In this document: positions 48,601-62,436 of the stretch, one piece after another | Layout of the letters: each line of letters opens with the position of its first letter | Position numbering within the stretch: the first letter of the stretch is position 1 | NCBI GenBank assembly: GCA_904063045.1 | Contig: CAJFCJ010000003.1 | Coordinates: forward strand, 1,240,001 to 1,304,000 | DNA: 64,000 nt | Origin: Dimorphilus gyrociliatus | Lineage: Eukaryota; Animalia; Annelida | Direction of reading: 5' to 3' | The notes under the pieces: generated by a model | Told to the model about the DNA's origin: nothing | The model's database searches: none | The model's input: only the letters and a program-made list of their open reading frames with translations | Translations under genes and position numbers: made by a program

Positions 48601-51600
48601 ACATGGAATGTATTGAAAGTAGACTAGATCCTCGTAACGAACGTTTAGAGTATATTAAAAAACAAAAACTGGTATATGTTACACTATTGCCAAATAACGA
48701 ATCTATACTATGCAAACGGATGGAGGATTTAAAATGATAGTATTTATAAAATAATTACTTCATTTGGGTTACGAAAAGTAAATTGTTGCTAAGAATAGAC
48801 AGTTTAGAAGTAAAAGGCAAAGGGTTAATGATAAAATTATATGAAAATTTATTTTAAGCGATACTGTACTCGGGTTTAGTGCGTTTTAGGGTTAATCGAA
48901 ATATATTCACCTTCTTGGGGTTAAAATTTGTACATGCGTTCCAAGATATTTGTATTTTTCATATAAAATGTTTATATATAATATTTTAGTGACAATTATA
49001 TTAATAGAAGTTTGTCAACATTTCTAAAAGTTTGCTAAAGGGTATAAAATGTATCATTTCCAACTTTTTCTTCTTCTCTTCTAGATTCGACAGATTACAT
49101 GCTTGCATTAGGACTGATACGTGTTAGGAATAGGAAAACCAACTGGTGCAATCTGAATCTCAAGTAATAAATCTCATTAAATACATATTTCTCATTATCA
49201 ATTATGCAAAGAAATACGATAGATTGTATTATATTACGTATAAAAGTGAAAGAACATTAACGCGCATGCGTAGATAGAAACTTTCCAGGTTTCTTTAGCT
49301 ACGTTTCTAATAATAGAATTCTGGGAATAAAAAAAAACATTGTAACTTAAAAAGTTGTAGAAAAAAAAGTGAGGATAAGGATAAGGAGAAGAATTAATAA
49401 AAAGAAATGGGAGGAGAGAGGTGGACAATAACAAAGAAAGGGTGCCCTAAAAGCGTGGAATTGATATTACAGGAAAGTGCATTGTAAGAAGGTTTCCTTA
49501 ACTACCCTAGACCTATGGTAGATACTCTTTCTGACAAGTTTGACAAACAACACCTTCTTATAGAACAGGAAATGGTTTTTCATGTTCTCTTTTATCTCCT
49601 GTACTCCTTATACACCGTCGACCGACAAACAACGACGCAGTTCTTTCAAGTAGGTTAAGTGGAGTGTTTGGGAAGAAGTCAGCGCCTTGGGGCCGTCTGT
49701 TTAGCTTATCTACAACAGAAAAATTACAAAATCCTTTTAAAGATCTATTCAAAGAGTTGCTATTATAAACGAAGTGAATTTTCCAAAGGAAAACTCAAAG
49801 AATATGAAGAAAGAAAGTTTATTGAACTTTTGCAAAACTCTACCAGTTTATGGACTGTATATGAATAATTTTGAAGATTACTTACGATTTATCAAGTTTA
49901 TAAAGAGAAATTATTATTAAATATGATGGCGTCCATTAAGAAAATTGGCTGTAAAATCGTTATCAAAATAATATACGTATTTCTTTTATTTAAAAAAGGC
50001 GGGAATCGATTAATATATTATAAATTAGATTTGTTCAATTTACTGATTTACAGGCAATCTGTAACATACAAAAAATATTTTCGACAAAAGAAGAATAACG
50101 ACGCCCTAAGGAGACGGTTCATTTAATATTGGTACAGGATATTCTGAAATATAATTCTACTTTGAATCTACAAAATGTAGAAGTAGGGTTTATATGAGAA
50201 AAAAGCACACTTTTTTATAAATCTTTTTAACTTCCGTGACCTATTGTCCCCTCTCTCTCCCTCTTCCCCTATCTCTCTCTCTCCCTCTCTCTTTGTAATA
50301 TACATCATATATGTGTGTATATGCATCTCTGTCTCGTGATTTGTCAAAGCCTGAAAAGTTTTTGTAGAAGATACGGTATCGAGGCTGTCTTGTTATCTCA
50401 ATTATCTTTCCTTCTCCCTCTTTGTATACACAATCAACACTTAATTGATCCGCGGAGAAGATAAAAGTAAATTGTCCAATATTAACTAAAATCATCTGCT
50501 GTTTAAATAATTAACAATAAAATTAGTTAGAAATATTAAGACAATACAATTATCAATTTTATTTAATTAATAAATAAAGTAAATTTTTAGCAATATTCCT
50601 TTATTAGATTAATAATAAGAGCATCATATAAAAGAAACAGCTAAACAATTTTTTGTACGACAAGAAAATTATTCATTTCTCTTTTTTTTTCTTCTTGTTT
50701 TTTTTCTCCTACCAAAAATTAGCCTGATTAAAAAATGTCCCTTTGGGGAAACCTCTTTTTTTGGAAGCTAATTCTGTCCTAAAACTCCCCTAGACCTATT
50801 CTGACAAATATTTAGCTGTTTTTCACTAGAAAGACTTAAAGGGGAAAAACAATCAGCTGGACATAAAAAAGAAAAGGATTTGTAAAAAACCAACGGGAGG
50901 GAAAAGAGATAAATGTATAGCTAGATAGATATATTAGATGGAAAAAGTGAATGCAAAGGGAAGAGGGAAGAGAAATAGAAGAGAAAAAAAAAATTATTGT
51001 CTATATATTTCAAAGAAAAATGATTCTCTCAGAAGCTAATTACTGTTTTAAAAGTCGTCTTCATGAGAATTTTCCTTTGTATACCTGGAGAGACTGTCAT
51101 TTTTCGTCATGCCGTTTTGCATTCTTTTTAAAGAATACCTATAAAATTGATCGAAATTTTCCTTTCTTTCTCTTTCCACTATAATAAAGTATTTGAAAGA
51201 ATATTATTTAGATAGATTACAAATACAAGTTTATATATAAACTATATAAACATACAATTTAAATTAACGCCTATAATACATAAAGAATATTCAAAAACAC
51301 CATTTACATAATCTATGTATAGAGGTCGTCTTAACCTTATTTTTTCAAGGCTATTCAGTATTTTCTTAATATTATCGTTTCAAATATTTACTTGTATCGT
51401 TTAATTATTTTTAATTAAAATAATAAAAAGGAATTGCCTATCATTCATACATGTATAACAGCTGCTTAAAAAAGAGAAAAATCTAACAAATATGCGTAAA
51501 GGCCTTTTACAAACAATCTTCTAGTTGATTCAGCTTCTATGATAAATAGACTTTTGAATTTTGTTGATCCTAAAGCATTTTAACTTTCTTGTTCCCTTGT

Positions 51601-54600
51601 TTTCATTTCTTTTCTTTTCTTCTTTCATTATAAGACTAGCATGTTTTACTTTTTGTTATGGCTTCATTTATGAACTCTCTCTCTCTCTCTCTGTTTCATT
51701 GTCTTTATTTCCATCTTCTTCTAGATTTTTATAGCCCTTTTTTCAAAAAAAAAAACTATATAGCTTTTCAGTACGCTATAACTTATGCTGGATAAATAAT
51801 TGCAAAACAACATATGCACTTCCGCATCGCCTTTGGCCTGTGGCTAAAGTTTTACCAAACTTAACTACATTCCTCTTAGTTCCAACCTTTATATAATTTT
51901 CCCTCTTTAGTACATAACATTTTCTGTCTCACGCAATCTAAATGCATATAATACTTTAAAGGTAAATGTATCGTTCACGATAACAATTAGGTAAAACTAC
52001 TATTATTATAGGCCTTTTTTCTGTGTCTAAACCAATATGAATGTGTGTATGGAGATAGCTTTAATAAAATTCAATGTAACGTATTTTTGTAATGCTTGTC
52101 TGTATTCATAATTTTTTCTTTTAAATGGAAAAACCATTTAGAAGGATAAGTGAATCAATAAAGTAAAACAATCCAATGTATATCCATCTATATATTATTT
52201 TATGATCTACGGATCGATTAAAACTATGTCTATAAGCATGGTAATAACGTACAAGTCAGGCATTAGCAACTTATAATATAACAAGGAACTAGAGATAAAA
52301 CTCTAGTTCTGGTGACGATCGGAAAATATTGTATATTTCCATAAGGGATTTATAACAAGGAAACCTTAAAATAATGAGAGAAAGTCGGAAAATGGAGAAA
52401 GTTTTCACCTATACGGATATAGAAGAGAGGAAGAGGAAAGAAGAAGAAAAAGAAGAAAAGTAAATGAAATATTAAAAAATTAACATAAAGAAATCTATGA
52501 AAATTTTAAAATGAATAAAACCAATAGAATAAGTGAAAGTTAGAGAGAAAATCCATAATTTCAAGTGTAAAAAATATACCTTTAATTTTTTTTAATATGT
52601 AAACAGTATGGAATTTGTGTACTTAAGGATAAATTTATCACACAAATTTGCATTAGAAAAATAGGCAAACCGTTTGGGCATTTGGGCCGTTTCACTCGGT
52701 TTTGTTAATATTTAAACAAGTTTTCTACAGACCGAACAGTAAATCAGTGGAGAAGGAAGAAATTAAAAATAAATCATTTGTCAATCTTTCTTTTTTGTTT
52801 TCTTTAGAAAGAAATAATTTAAATAGATTAGAAAATGTTTACAGAAGAAAAGAGACAAAAGATTAATCGTTGTCAAATGATAAAAAACGGAATATAGTAT
52901 TTTCAATTAATTAAGTAAATAGCTACAGAAGCTCTATATGATTTATACAATATTATAGATATACTATATATTTACTCTATACACCTTTTAATCATTAATA
53001 TTCTCAATACTTTTCTCTTCATCCTTTATTTATTTGTTATTAATCTATTTATATAAATTAATTTATAAAAATATATTCATATATTTACATTCTTGTAAAT
53101 ATTTCGTAAATACATAAATATACAAAATTCTTTACATCTTTTAAGAATGCAATTCTTCAATATAAAACCTTTTTTATAAGTTATTCTATAGTTTTTTCTA
53201 AAAGTAATTGCAATCATTTCTTTCTAGCTGTTTTTCTCCGATAAGAGAGAAAAAGATAAAAGACGAACGAGGAGAAAAATGGTTGGTTAACTAACCAACT
53301 CGAACTAAGCTTTCAAATTTTATCCATATGGTATATATCGAAGTTATACAGAAAAGATAAGCAAATTGAGAAATAGAACGAAAGGAAGAAGGAAGATAGA
53401 AAGAGAAAAAAACATTATACAGTATAACATAGACATTACCATAAATCAAGTATATATGTAAATAAGAATATTTTACATTTTTATTTATAGATTACAGAAT
53501 ATTTTGAATTATATTTGTAAAAAAAGTTTTGTAATATAAGAATGATAAACTTTTACAATGTCATCAAATAACTCGTGTTCAAACTGCTTGAACAAGCTCA
53601 TAAAATATATTGACCATATCTAAATTCAGTAGTATAATAAAAAAAAATGTAAAACAAGGGAGAAAAGAACAATGACGATTGATAGATTGACTAAAGAGAC
53701 AGAGAGACAGACAGAGAGTATGAGAGAAAAAATGGGAAGCCTAAAAGAATAATTATATCATGCTTAATCACTGTCTGGTTTTCTTTTTTTTTTAAAAAGA
53801 AAACGTTATTAAGAATAAATTAATTAGAAGAAGAGAAGAAGAATTCTTGTATTAGAGATAAAAGACGAATTAAATGGTAAAGTTCGTAATGACAAAAAAT
53901 TGAAAGAATATTAAATATTTAATGTTATTATAAAACTGAAGAGAAAACTTTTGTATCGAGATTACAATTAAATTTATATATCTATATTTCTTCCATTAAA
54001 AGAGAAGGAAAATGTATAGAAAAGAGAATAAAGAATACAGTATAGTGTTTTTATACTAGCATACAGTGTATATATATATATATATACTGTATATTTATAT
54101 AGTATGCGTATTGCTAATCCTCTTGCGTACGAATACGTCATTTCGTTTATACAGTATATTTAAAATCTTGTATTGAATATAAATAGCAAATTACATAAAA
54201 ATAAATATACATTTATTATTATTCTTAAGTCATTTTTGCACAATTTGTACAATTATGTTAAAATAAAATTGAATATTTTTTGCATAGTTTCAAAGATAAA
54301 AAGTAATAAGTAATAAAGAAATAATCCTGTTAGTACTACTTTCTAAATCATATATAATACGTTAATAAATCCTTTATCTTAATGACGATTAACCGATATT
54401 TCAATTAAAATATATTAAAAAGTGTTATTTTTGATAAGATATTATAGATAACCTACACTTATCGATCATTTTAAATGCCTTTATCCGCAAGTTTTATGAC
54501 TCTGATAAATTAGTTAATCATTTACATATACATGTATTTTGTTCCCTAATCTTTACAGAATGTTAAATAACTTTCTAAATATGGTTAAATCTAGAAAGAA

Positions 54601-55430
54601 TGCATTTCTATAGACTTTAAATCAAGTAAAAGCTGTTTTCTTATAAGAGTAGAATAATAAATATATTAGTATATTTAATAAATAAATAAAACATTAATGG
54701 AAGATACAAGATAGCAAAGAGAAAAGAGAGATATAGAAAAAGAAGAAGAGATGCAGAGTAGGAGAAAGATAGAGCATATAAATGTATATTATTTATGTAT
54801 TAATTCTAAATTCTTTCTAATTTTCTCATTCTTCACTTTTCCTATTCTCATTTCGTCTATATACACATTTATTCTGAATAGAGATTTAATTGTTTTTGAA
54901 CAAGTTAAATGTGAATATTTTTATTTTAAATTATGTAACATCATTAATATTTTATACAGGCCTATGATGATCTAAATTTCTTTCCTTCTTTTATCTATCT
55001 CGTTTTTTTTTATCAATTTAATAATCATTAGGAAGCTGAAGAAGAAAAAAAGAAATCTTTCTATATTTCTACTTTCTAATTCAGTTATTTTATTGTTTTT
55101 GTTGTCTTTTTTTCTTAATTTTACAAGTTTTTTTTGTTGTTGTTGTTTGAATTGAATAGCTTCAATTATTTAACTATGAACAAAATATTCAAAAATTTAA
55201 TTAATATTAATATAAGCAAATTAGATAGATCTCTAGATTAAGCCAAATGTAATTGAATACGTTAAGTGAAAAATGATAAGAGAGAGTATTTCTTTTTTTT
55301 TTGTAAAAATGTTACAGGGTTAGGGAGATTAAAGATCGGAGGAAGATGCAGGTTGTTTTCTCTTGTCAACGTTTAGTTTATTATTCTCTTTCCTCTAAAG
55401 TTTCAACGATGTTTTATGGTTGATTTAGTC

Positions 55431-57936
55431 TCATGTATGATCGTGGAGGCGTTCAACTCCATTGTCTGATATTCTCGTACCATTTCTCTCCACTAGAGCC
55501 ACTTGATGATATGCGGAATCGGACAGTCTTTTCCGTCCGCAGAAAGCAGCCAATCTGCCTCTGAACTGCTTACGAAAAGCGTAATAGATGACAAAATTAG
55601 CTGCGCTATTAGCGCAAACTATTAAGTTAGAGCATTGAAAGAAAATAAAGTAGGCTGACACGCAATAGTATTGTGTATGACCGATAATTACAAATAGTAA
55701 TTGATTGAGAAAAGCTGGGGTTTGACAGAAGATAAAGACAAGCACGATGACAACCATAACTAGGGTTAAATTTTGCTCTTCGTCATCGTCTTCTCCTCCA
55801 ATTGACCGTTTTAGTCTTCGATTACGAGCCGCAATAAGTTCCCTTATTAGGTGGGTATTTAAGAAGATGAGCAGGATTAATGGTATTAGTAAAACCACTA
55901 GTAAGTAAACAACCACTTCGTAGGTATATTTGTAGACTTTGTTCTGAACAAAATCCCGCTGTTTTGATTCCATATAAGTGGAATTTGGTAAAGATTCCAG
56001 TTTTACTTCAAAGAATCTTGGTATGCAGTAGACGACACTAAATAATACCAATAGACCAACTTGCAACCGTACTTTCCTCTTTGTACACAACTGATTGGCT
56101 CGAAAAGGTCGACAGATTGCTATGTATCTGTGGTTTATAATAACATACAAAAGAAATAAATCGTCTTTAACACCAAATTAGTAAACCCTATTAGTCTACC
56201 ACTAATTAATATTAAATTAACGAATAAATAAATAAATTAATTAATTACATATATAATTATAATATTCATTTTCCCAGGCAATAAAGATATTAGATAAATT
56301 TCAATTGTTTATCATAACAACGAACACTAAAGACAGAAGTACTAGAATATTATAAATATGATAAAATGTCAATTATTATTTACAGCAAAGATATGAGATA
56401 TATCTTTATTCTTATTTTGCTAATATTGAAATGGAATATTGATAATTTATTAAATAAGACTTTCTGTTCTCTTGAAAAGAAAACAACGCATCCTTTCACA
56501 ATTATAGTAGCCTGAAAATGGTTTGATAAAGTATTTTAATATCTCAAATTACCTTTCACAGAGATGATAAAAAGCTAATAATTAATGATAAAAAATCACT
56601 TTCCGATTAAGCGTATTATCTCTTGTACAAAGTCACCTTTTTTCTTAGTAAAATCTTTAATTAACTACTAATATTCTTTTATACAAATAACTGTCAGTTT
56701 TATAAAGAATAATTCAACAGCTTTACTATTATGAATTTTTCAATTGAAAACCAGTATTGGATAAACAACGCTTCTATTCAAAGCATAGAAACTGATAGTT
56801 TCACCCTTCCAAAGATATAGGATGAACAAAAAGAAAATGGAGAAAAATTGGGAATAAAATAGAGAATAAATGATAATTTTATAAGTATTAGGCTATAAGT
56901 GGCTATTCAGACGTTATTGACAATAAACAGTGATTGTTTACAATTACCGAGAGCCCTGTCCTTCGATTAACGCTAAAAATAGCAATTAAACGATAAATTC
57001 TATTCGACTTTCACTTGTTCTAATCCCTTTTTAATAAATTATTACCTAATTAAAAAATAACAATATTTATTTAATAAAATTCTTGAGTCTCTTTAGATAG
57101 ATTGTTTACTTGAATACAATCATTTTTGTCTTCTTCATTCTCTCTTTTAATAGATAAAAACTACCACTGTTTCTTCAACCGTCTTTTTCTTCTTCCTTGC
57201 TATTTCCCAATCGAATAGGCTGATGTTTACATTAGCTAATGCTTAATACTTAGTAGAAAGTTTTTGTTCAATATTTGCGAGGCCTATATTATTTACTTTG
57301 GTAACAACTAATCAAAAAAAGTTGTAAATAGGTAATTACATTTTCCCCTTCTGTAGTAAGATTTTATCCTACATATCCCTCCGTGTGAAATCTTTGATTA
57401 CAAAAAAGTTCAAAAGATTCGATGATAATGATAAGAAAACTATGTAAACTAAGGATATGCATGATTAATTATTCACTCTTTCTATATAGACGAAATTTAG
57501 GACATATATCGTACTTCAAAGATGAAATTAATTGGGTATCTTACCTATTAAAGGCGACCAGAACCGTCATCCAAACAGTTAAGAATTGCGTTATGTGAAC
57601 AAAAGGCCAAAATATAACTTGTATGTAGGGTTGAATCATATTCTTAATGGATAGTGCCTGTAAATATATGGTCATGGCTGGAAAGATTTGGCATATACCG
57701 GAAATGAAGAGAAATAAGGAATCTGTCAAGGCTAGGCATTGGAGTAGAAAAGTTGCAACTCGATTATGCTTTTCCCACGACAGAACCATAAAGGATAGGG
57801 TATTCCCTATAATACCAAATATTACTATAGGCCCAAATATTCCAACATAGATTATAAATAATACGCGACTGCATTCGAGTTCCTGATCTTCAACTTTCTC
57901 AGAAGGAGGAGCAGTAACATTCGAATTATTTAACAT
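55431..57936 (-). CDS. FMRFamide-receptor-like class A neuropeptide-type GPCR (~362 aa)
   Basis: Exons 57936-57545 and 56127-55431 sum to 1089 nt, with a phase-2 intron inside the NRY motif. GIIGN, LALTD, YIAICRPF, YCIPRFFE, FIFCQTP, NSAANFVIY. An upstream acceptor at 57989 implies a 5' UTR intron. Confidence 0.9.
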
Positions 57937-58684
57937 TTTTCGTTATTATCTGTAACTGTTTCTCTCCGCTCCGGTAAAATGTTTACATCTGAAACAATAA
58001 TAAATAAGATACATGATATCTATTTAAATAGTAATCATTTTAAATTCATTACATGTACTGCAACAAATAGCGAATTAGTATACTTATTTGTATGTACATA
58101 ATATGTATTCGAATAACAAATAATAGAAATTAGAGAAGTCTATGCTACGCTAGACATTTCAAAGTCTTCTAGGATTATAAAAAGGATACATTAAATCATT
58201 ACATAATTAATATGGTATTTATCGTTATGCTTTCCCTGCTTAGCTCTTGGTCAAACTTGGTCATTCTATGAGTTTTCGTTCTTAATACAAGTATTAATTT
58301 AACAGTTATTAGGAAAATAACGAAAAGGATATTAAAGTCTCTAGGTCCCTAATTAATTAATATTGCATATAGGTAATCACAATGAGTTATCTAATAAATA
58401 TATAATATATAAAGCTATCTAATTGAATAAATTATTTAGATATATAAACTGCATATAAATTATATACAGTATATATGCACCGATATATAAAAGTATTTAT
58501 TAAAGCCTTTCCATCTTACTATTCCATCTTCCTTTGGCAACAACTCTAATCAATAAACTTATTAAGAACAAGGTCATTTGATTAATTAAATATAGAAAAT
58601 TTCGCAACCGGTATAAGGCAATAATATATTTGAATGAATTATGAATGTTTGTATGTAAATTATTATATAAGATAATTATATTAT

Positions 58685-58766
58685 ATAATATATACAGTAT
58701 ATATACTGTATATATATATATAATATAAATAAATGTATATATATATATATATATACTGTATATATA
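58685..58766. repeat. (TA)n tract with three TA-CAG/CTG-TA interruptions, including the perfect palindrome TATACAGTATATATACTGTATA
   Basis: TACAGTA at 58693-58699, TACTGTA at 58704-58710 and 58754-58760. Confidence 0.85.
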
Positions 58767-58982
58767 ATGTAGAATTAGAAAATCCTTCATTAAAATTATT
58801 CTAGGCAAGTATAATAAAATTTACTGTCCTCCAATGTCTTAACTGGAAATATATCCTGAACGATATTGAGCTATAAACTAATAAAAAATTCATTTTTCCC
58901 TCTTTTTGTAATTTAATATTTAAAAAAAATATACTAGGTATTTATATATTATATATAACATTTAAAAGTGTTTATTCTTCCT

Positions 58983-58990
<8 letters not shown>

Positions 58991-59018
<28 letters not shown>
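58991..59018. repeat. (CT)n microsatellite
   Basis: About 14 CT units, seen directly. Confidence 0.9.
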
Positions 59019-59022
<4 letters not shown>

Positions 59023-62000
59023 TATGTCTCTATGTATTTAAGTACTCAAATGCTCTCTTCTTTTCCGTTCTACATACGTATTCCTTCATGTGTGAAAGGA
59101 GAAAGAATGCCAAACTCAAATTGTACTAGTTACAAAATAGTAAAGTACACCTAGAACTAATTGACAAAGACATTTAGACGCTAACATAGTCTTTTAATAA
59201 TACGTCTCTTTATCATATATCCCAACATTGACTTTATCAGTTTCTCCCCAACTCAAAGTAAAAAGCCAGAATTTTCTAGTAATACAGTATTATCGAAAAA
59301 TTCTCAATATGTGACCTTTCTATTCTTTATCAAAAAATTCTTTAAATTGCTAATTGACAATTAGAAAGAGAATTAATAATTTTTTATAAGAGACTTTCTC
59401 TATCTGCATTTTTGTTTTCAGCTGTCTCTTTCTGTCCCTATTTCTTCCTAAAAGGTCTGTATTACCCTCTCATTATTTATAGATATAGTTATTTCCATAT
59501 CTTTATCCCTCTCATTTTCTTACTTACTCTCACATGCGTTCTCTTTCTTTTTCTCGTTTCCCTCCTACCGCTAACTGTTAACTATTAGCAGTTAACTAGA
59601 ACCAGACATTTTGAATGGAAATTTCAACTGAAAAATAAGAAGCGGTCTGGTTTTTTTGTCAAGAGTACACGTTGAAAAAATCAAGTGAGAACAGTTATAG
59701 AATCTATGTGAGTGAGGAAAGATAAGTTTATACAGTATATATATATATATATATATATATTTTAGGCTATATTTCTCAATACCCTTTTATATTATATGAG
59801 ATGTAAAGTCAATAAATAAAATATTTTTATTGTGGAATATATTTTCCCCCTCAATTTATTTTTTCTTTCTTTTCTATTCTAATTAAATACAGACTTTTGA
59901 TCTTTATATCTTTACTTCGCTCCCAGTTTTCCTACTTTTACTTCCTTTCCCTTCTATCTGAAACCTTCTCTTTCTCTTAACATTTATCCTCTTACGAATA
60001 GCGAGTTAGCGGATATATATAAAATACGTCTTACATTTTACGCCTTATCCTAACTATAAAAAAGTCGTATCGCGGTCTGTCTGCTTACCGTTATCCTTAT
60101 CTATATTGGCGGCTGTTGGACATATGTTCAAATTACCAAGTCATAAAATCCGCTTCCTATTACGCCTATAAAGAGGTGGATTAAAGGCGCGAAATTCATC
60201 TAATCTCTATCTCCTAAAGCAGGCCGACATTTTCCAAGATTGTTTACCCTCAATCTATTTAATAGGACTTCAATCTTGTTTAAAATATGCATGTTTGTAA
60301 AATACAATATTTATGAATGTTAGTCTATTGTAAAAGGAAAGATATAGCATACAATGCAATCTTAGCCAATGAGGAAATTTATCCCAGTCTTCGATTAGAC
60401 CACCTACTGTAAAGGTTATTAAGTGACTGAAGGGGGTTTGGTGAGATGGGAGTGTTAAGATTTTTTTTTGTTTATACAAGGCAACCGAAGAGACAATCGG
60501 CGTCTAATCGATCACACTACAATCAATCGCTTCTTTCCTACGAAATACTTTCTCCTTTTGCATTAATTCTATCTTGTACAAATATCTCTTCTTCAATTTA
60601 ATCATATTCCTTTCTGTCTCATTGGCTTCAGCCAACTAATCCTTTAATATTCTAATATAGCTTAAGAAAACCAACCAAAAACCGTAAAATTAACAAGATC
60701 AGAAAGGAAATGGATAAGAAATGATCCTCTTCTGCAAACTTATACATCAACTGTTAACCTATTCCATAGTTGTATTATTTCACTGTTTTCTTTCGTAAAT
60801 AGGATTGGAGAGAGAACGAAACATTGTTATTCCTAATATTCCTTCTCCAATACATATACTAATATATATATATATATATATATAATATCGAATATCTTGA
60901 AGAATTTGGATAGGAAATAGGATAAATAAGAGTAAAGGGTAACAGAAACACAAGTAGGAAACTAGCGCATTTTGAAACGAATAAATAAACTCAAGTACTC
61001 CTCCTCTCCGAACCTCCGCCTTCCAACCAATAGCCTACAATCAGTACTACAGTAATAGAAACAATTCTAGTACAGAATATTACTACTTAAGAACAATTTC
61101 GCATATACTTTTATAAAAATCTAACCCGTATAAACCCCCTCTGGCAGCCTTCAATTTCTTCTACAAGTTATATAGGCAACCGAAAATATAAACGATTTGC
61201 CACGATATTTATACATAAATCGAAGAACTTGGTAAGGGTTGGGTGGGAGGGTAGAGTTGGAACCTTTACAGTTCTAAAAATAGATAAATGGAAAATAAAT
61301 AAGCCTATAGCATTTTAATATCATATAAATATGATATAAAAAAGAGTAATATGTATTAGAAAAGTAAAAGAGTAAAAAAAAAAAAGAATTAATTATCTAG
61401 ATTTAATAAAGCATTACTCAAAAAATTACTGTACGTGTTCCAAGCAGGAGAACTGGAAGCTCATACACATTCTCCTTTGTATACTTTTGTTAATCTAATT
61501 TCCACTTAACTTTTAGTTATAAAGAAAGACAAAAGGAAATATTAGTGTCTTTTTAGAATTTTAAAGGACAAAGAGCAGTTTTCTATCAACGAAAATTCAT
61601 TAAAACTCTCTCCCTCTCTCTCTGTATAAAACATTCTTCTGTATGATATTTATGTATACTGTATATATATATAGAAACTATTTAATTTTAAACTTTAGGC
61701 CTAAAAAGCATTTTGCATTCAATAGGATTGACTTTAGCTGCTGATAAAGTTTAAGTATTTTATATTCACGTTTTAGATATACAATGCATATCATTTTTAA
61801 TCCTCTCTAAATAATTGAAAGATAGGAAAAACAAATACGGGAGGAAACTGACTAGGACAATGAGAAGAAAAATTACCGGTATACTAATAAAATTATAAAG
61901 AATACTAAGAGATTACACGAGCTAAAGAGTAAATTAAGAAAAAGACAAGAAATGCGATGAACAGCGTATAATTTTAACAATTGTCAATATCATCTCATTA

Positions 62001-62405
62001 GGTTAATAGGCACAAATTTATGATCTTTTACTCTGTCAGGTATAACAACTTAGTTTTTTTTCTCTCTCTCTTTATTATTTTTGTTTTAGAAAAATCAATA
62101 GGCCTAAAGATCCTCTTTTCTTCTTCTGTCTTTTTGTCTCTCATTCTTTCTGTCTTTCTTTCTTTTTTTCTACCCGGGCTAAATGTGATGGATGAAAATA
62201 AACACGTTTGACAATACGATATTAGAGGGTAATCTCATAATACAGATAGTGTTATCAATAGCAGAAACGCTCTCTTTTCTTTCTATAGGTCTTTCTTTTT
62301 CTGCATCACTTAATCGGATTATTCCTACAGTTTTTCAAATTGTATTTGTAATTTTCTCTATACAGAAAAATAAATTTAGAAAGCCTATTAATCTTTATTT
62401 AAAAA

Positions 62406-62436
<31 letters not shown>

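Noticed and set aside
50241-50495. 84-aa - strand ORF with a protein-like middle (DCVYKEGEGKIIEITRQPRYRIFY)
   Set aside because: It runs into a GA microsatellite, with no recognisable domain or coherent splice sites.
52286-52309. Perfect 9-bp inverted repeat gaactagag-ataaaa-ctctagttc
   Set aside because: Several such hairpins are expected by chance in 64 kb of AT-rich DNA.
58685-58720. Resemblance of CTGTATATATA/TACAG to a bacterial LexA SOS box
   Set aside because: The context is eukaryotic and the half-site orientation is reversed. It is better explained as Tc1-type footprints in (TA)n.
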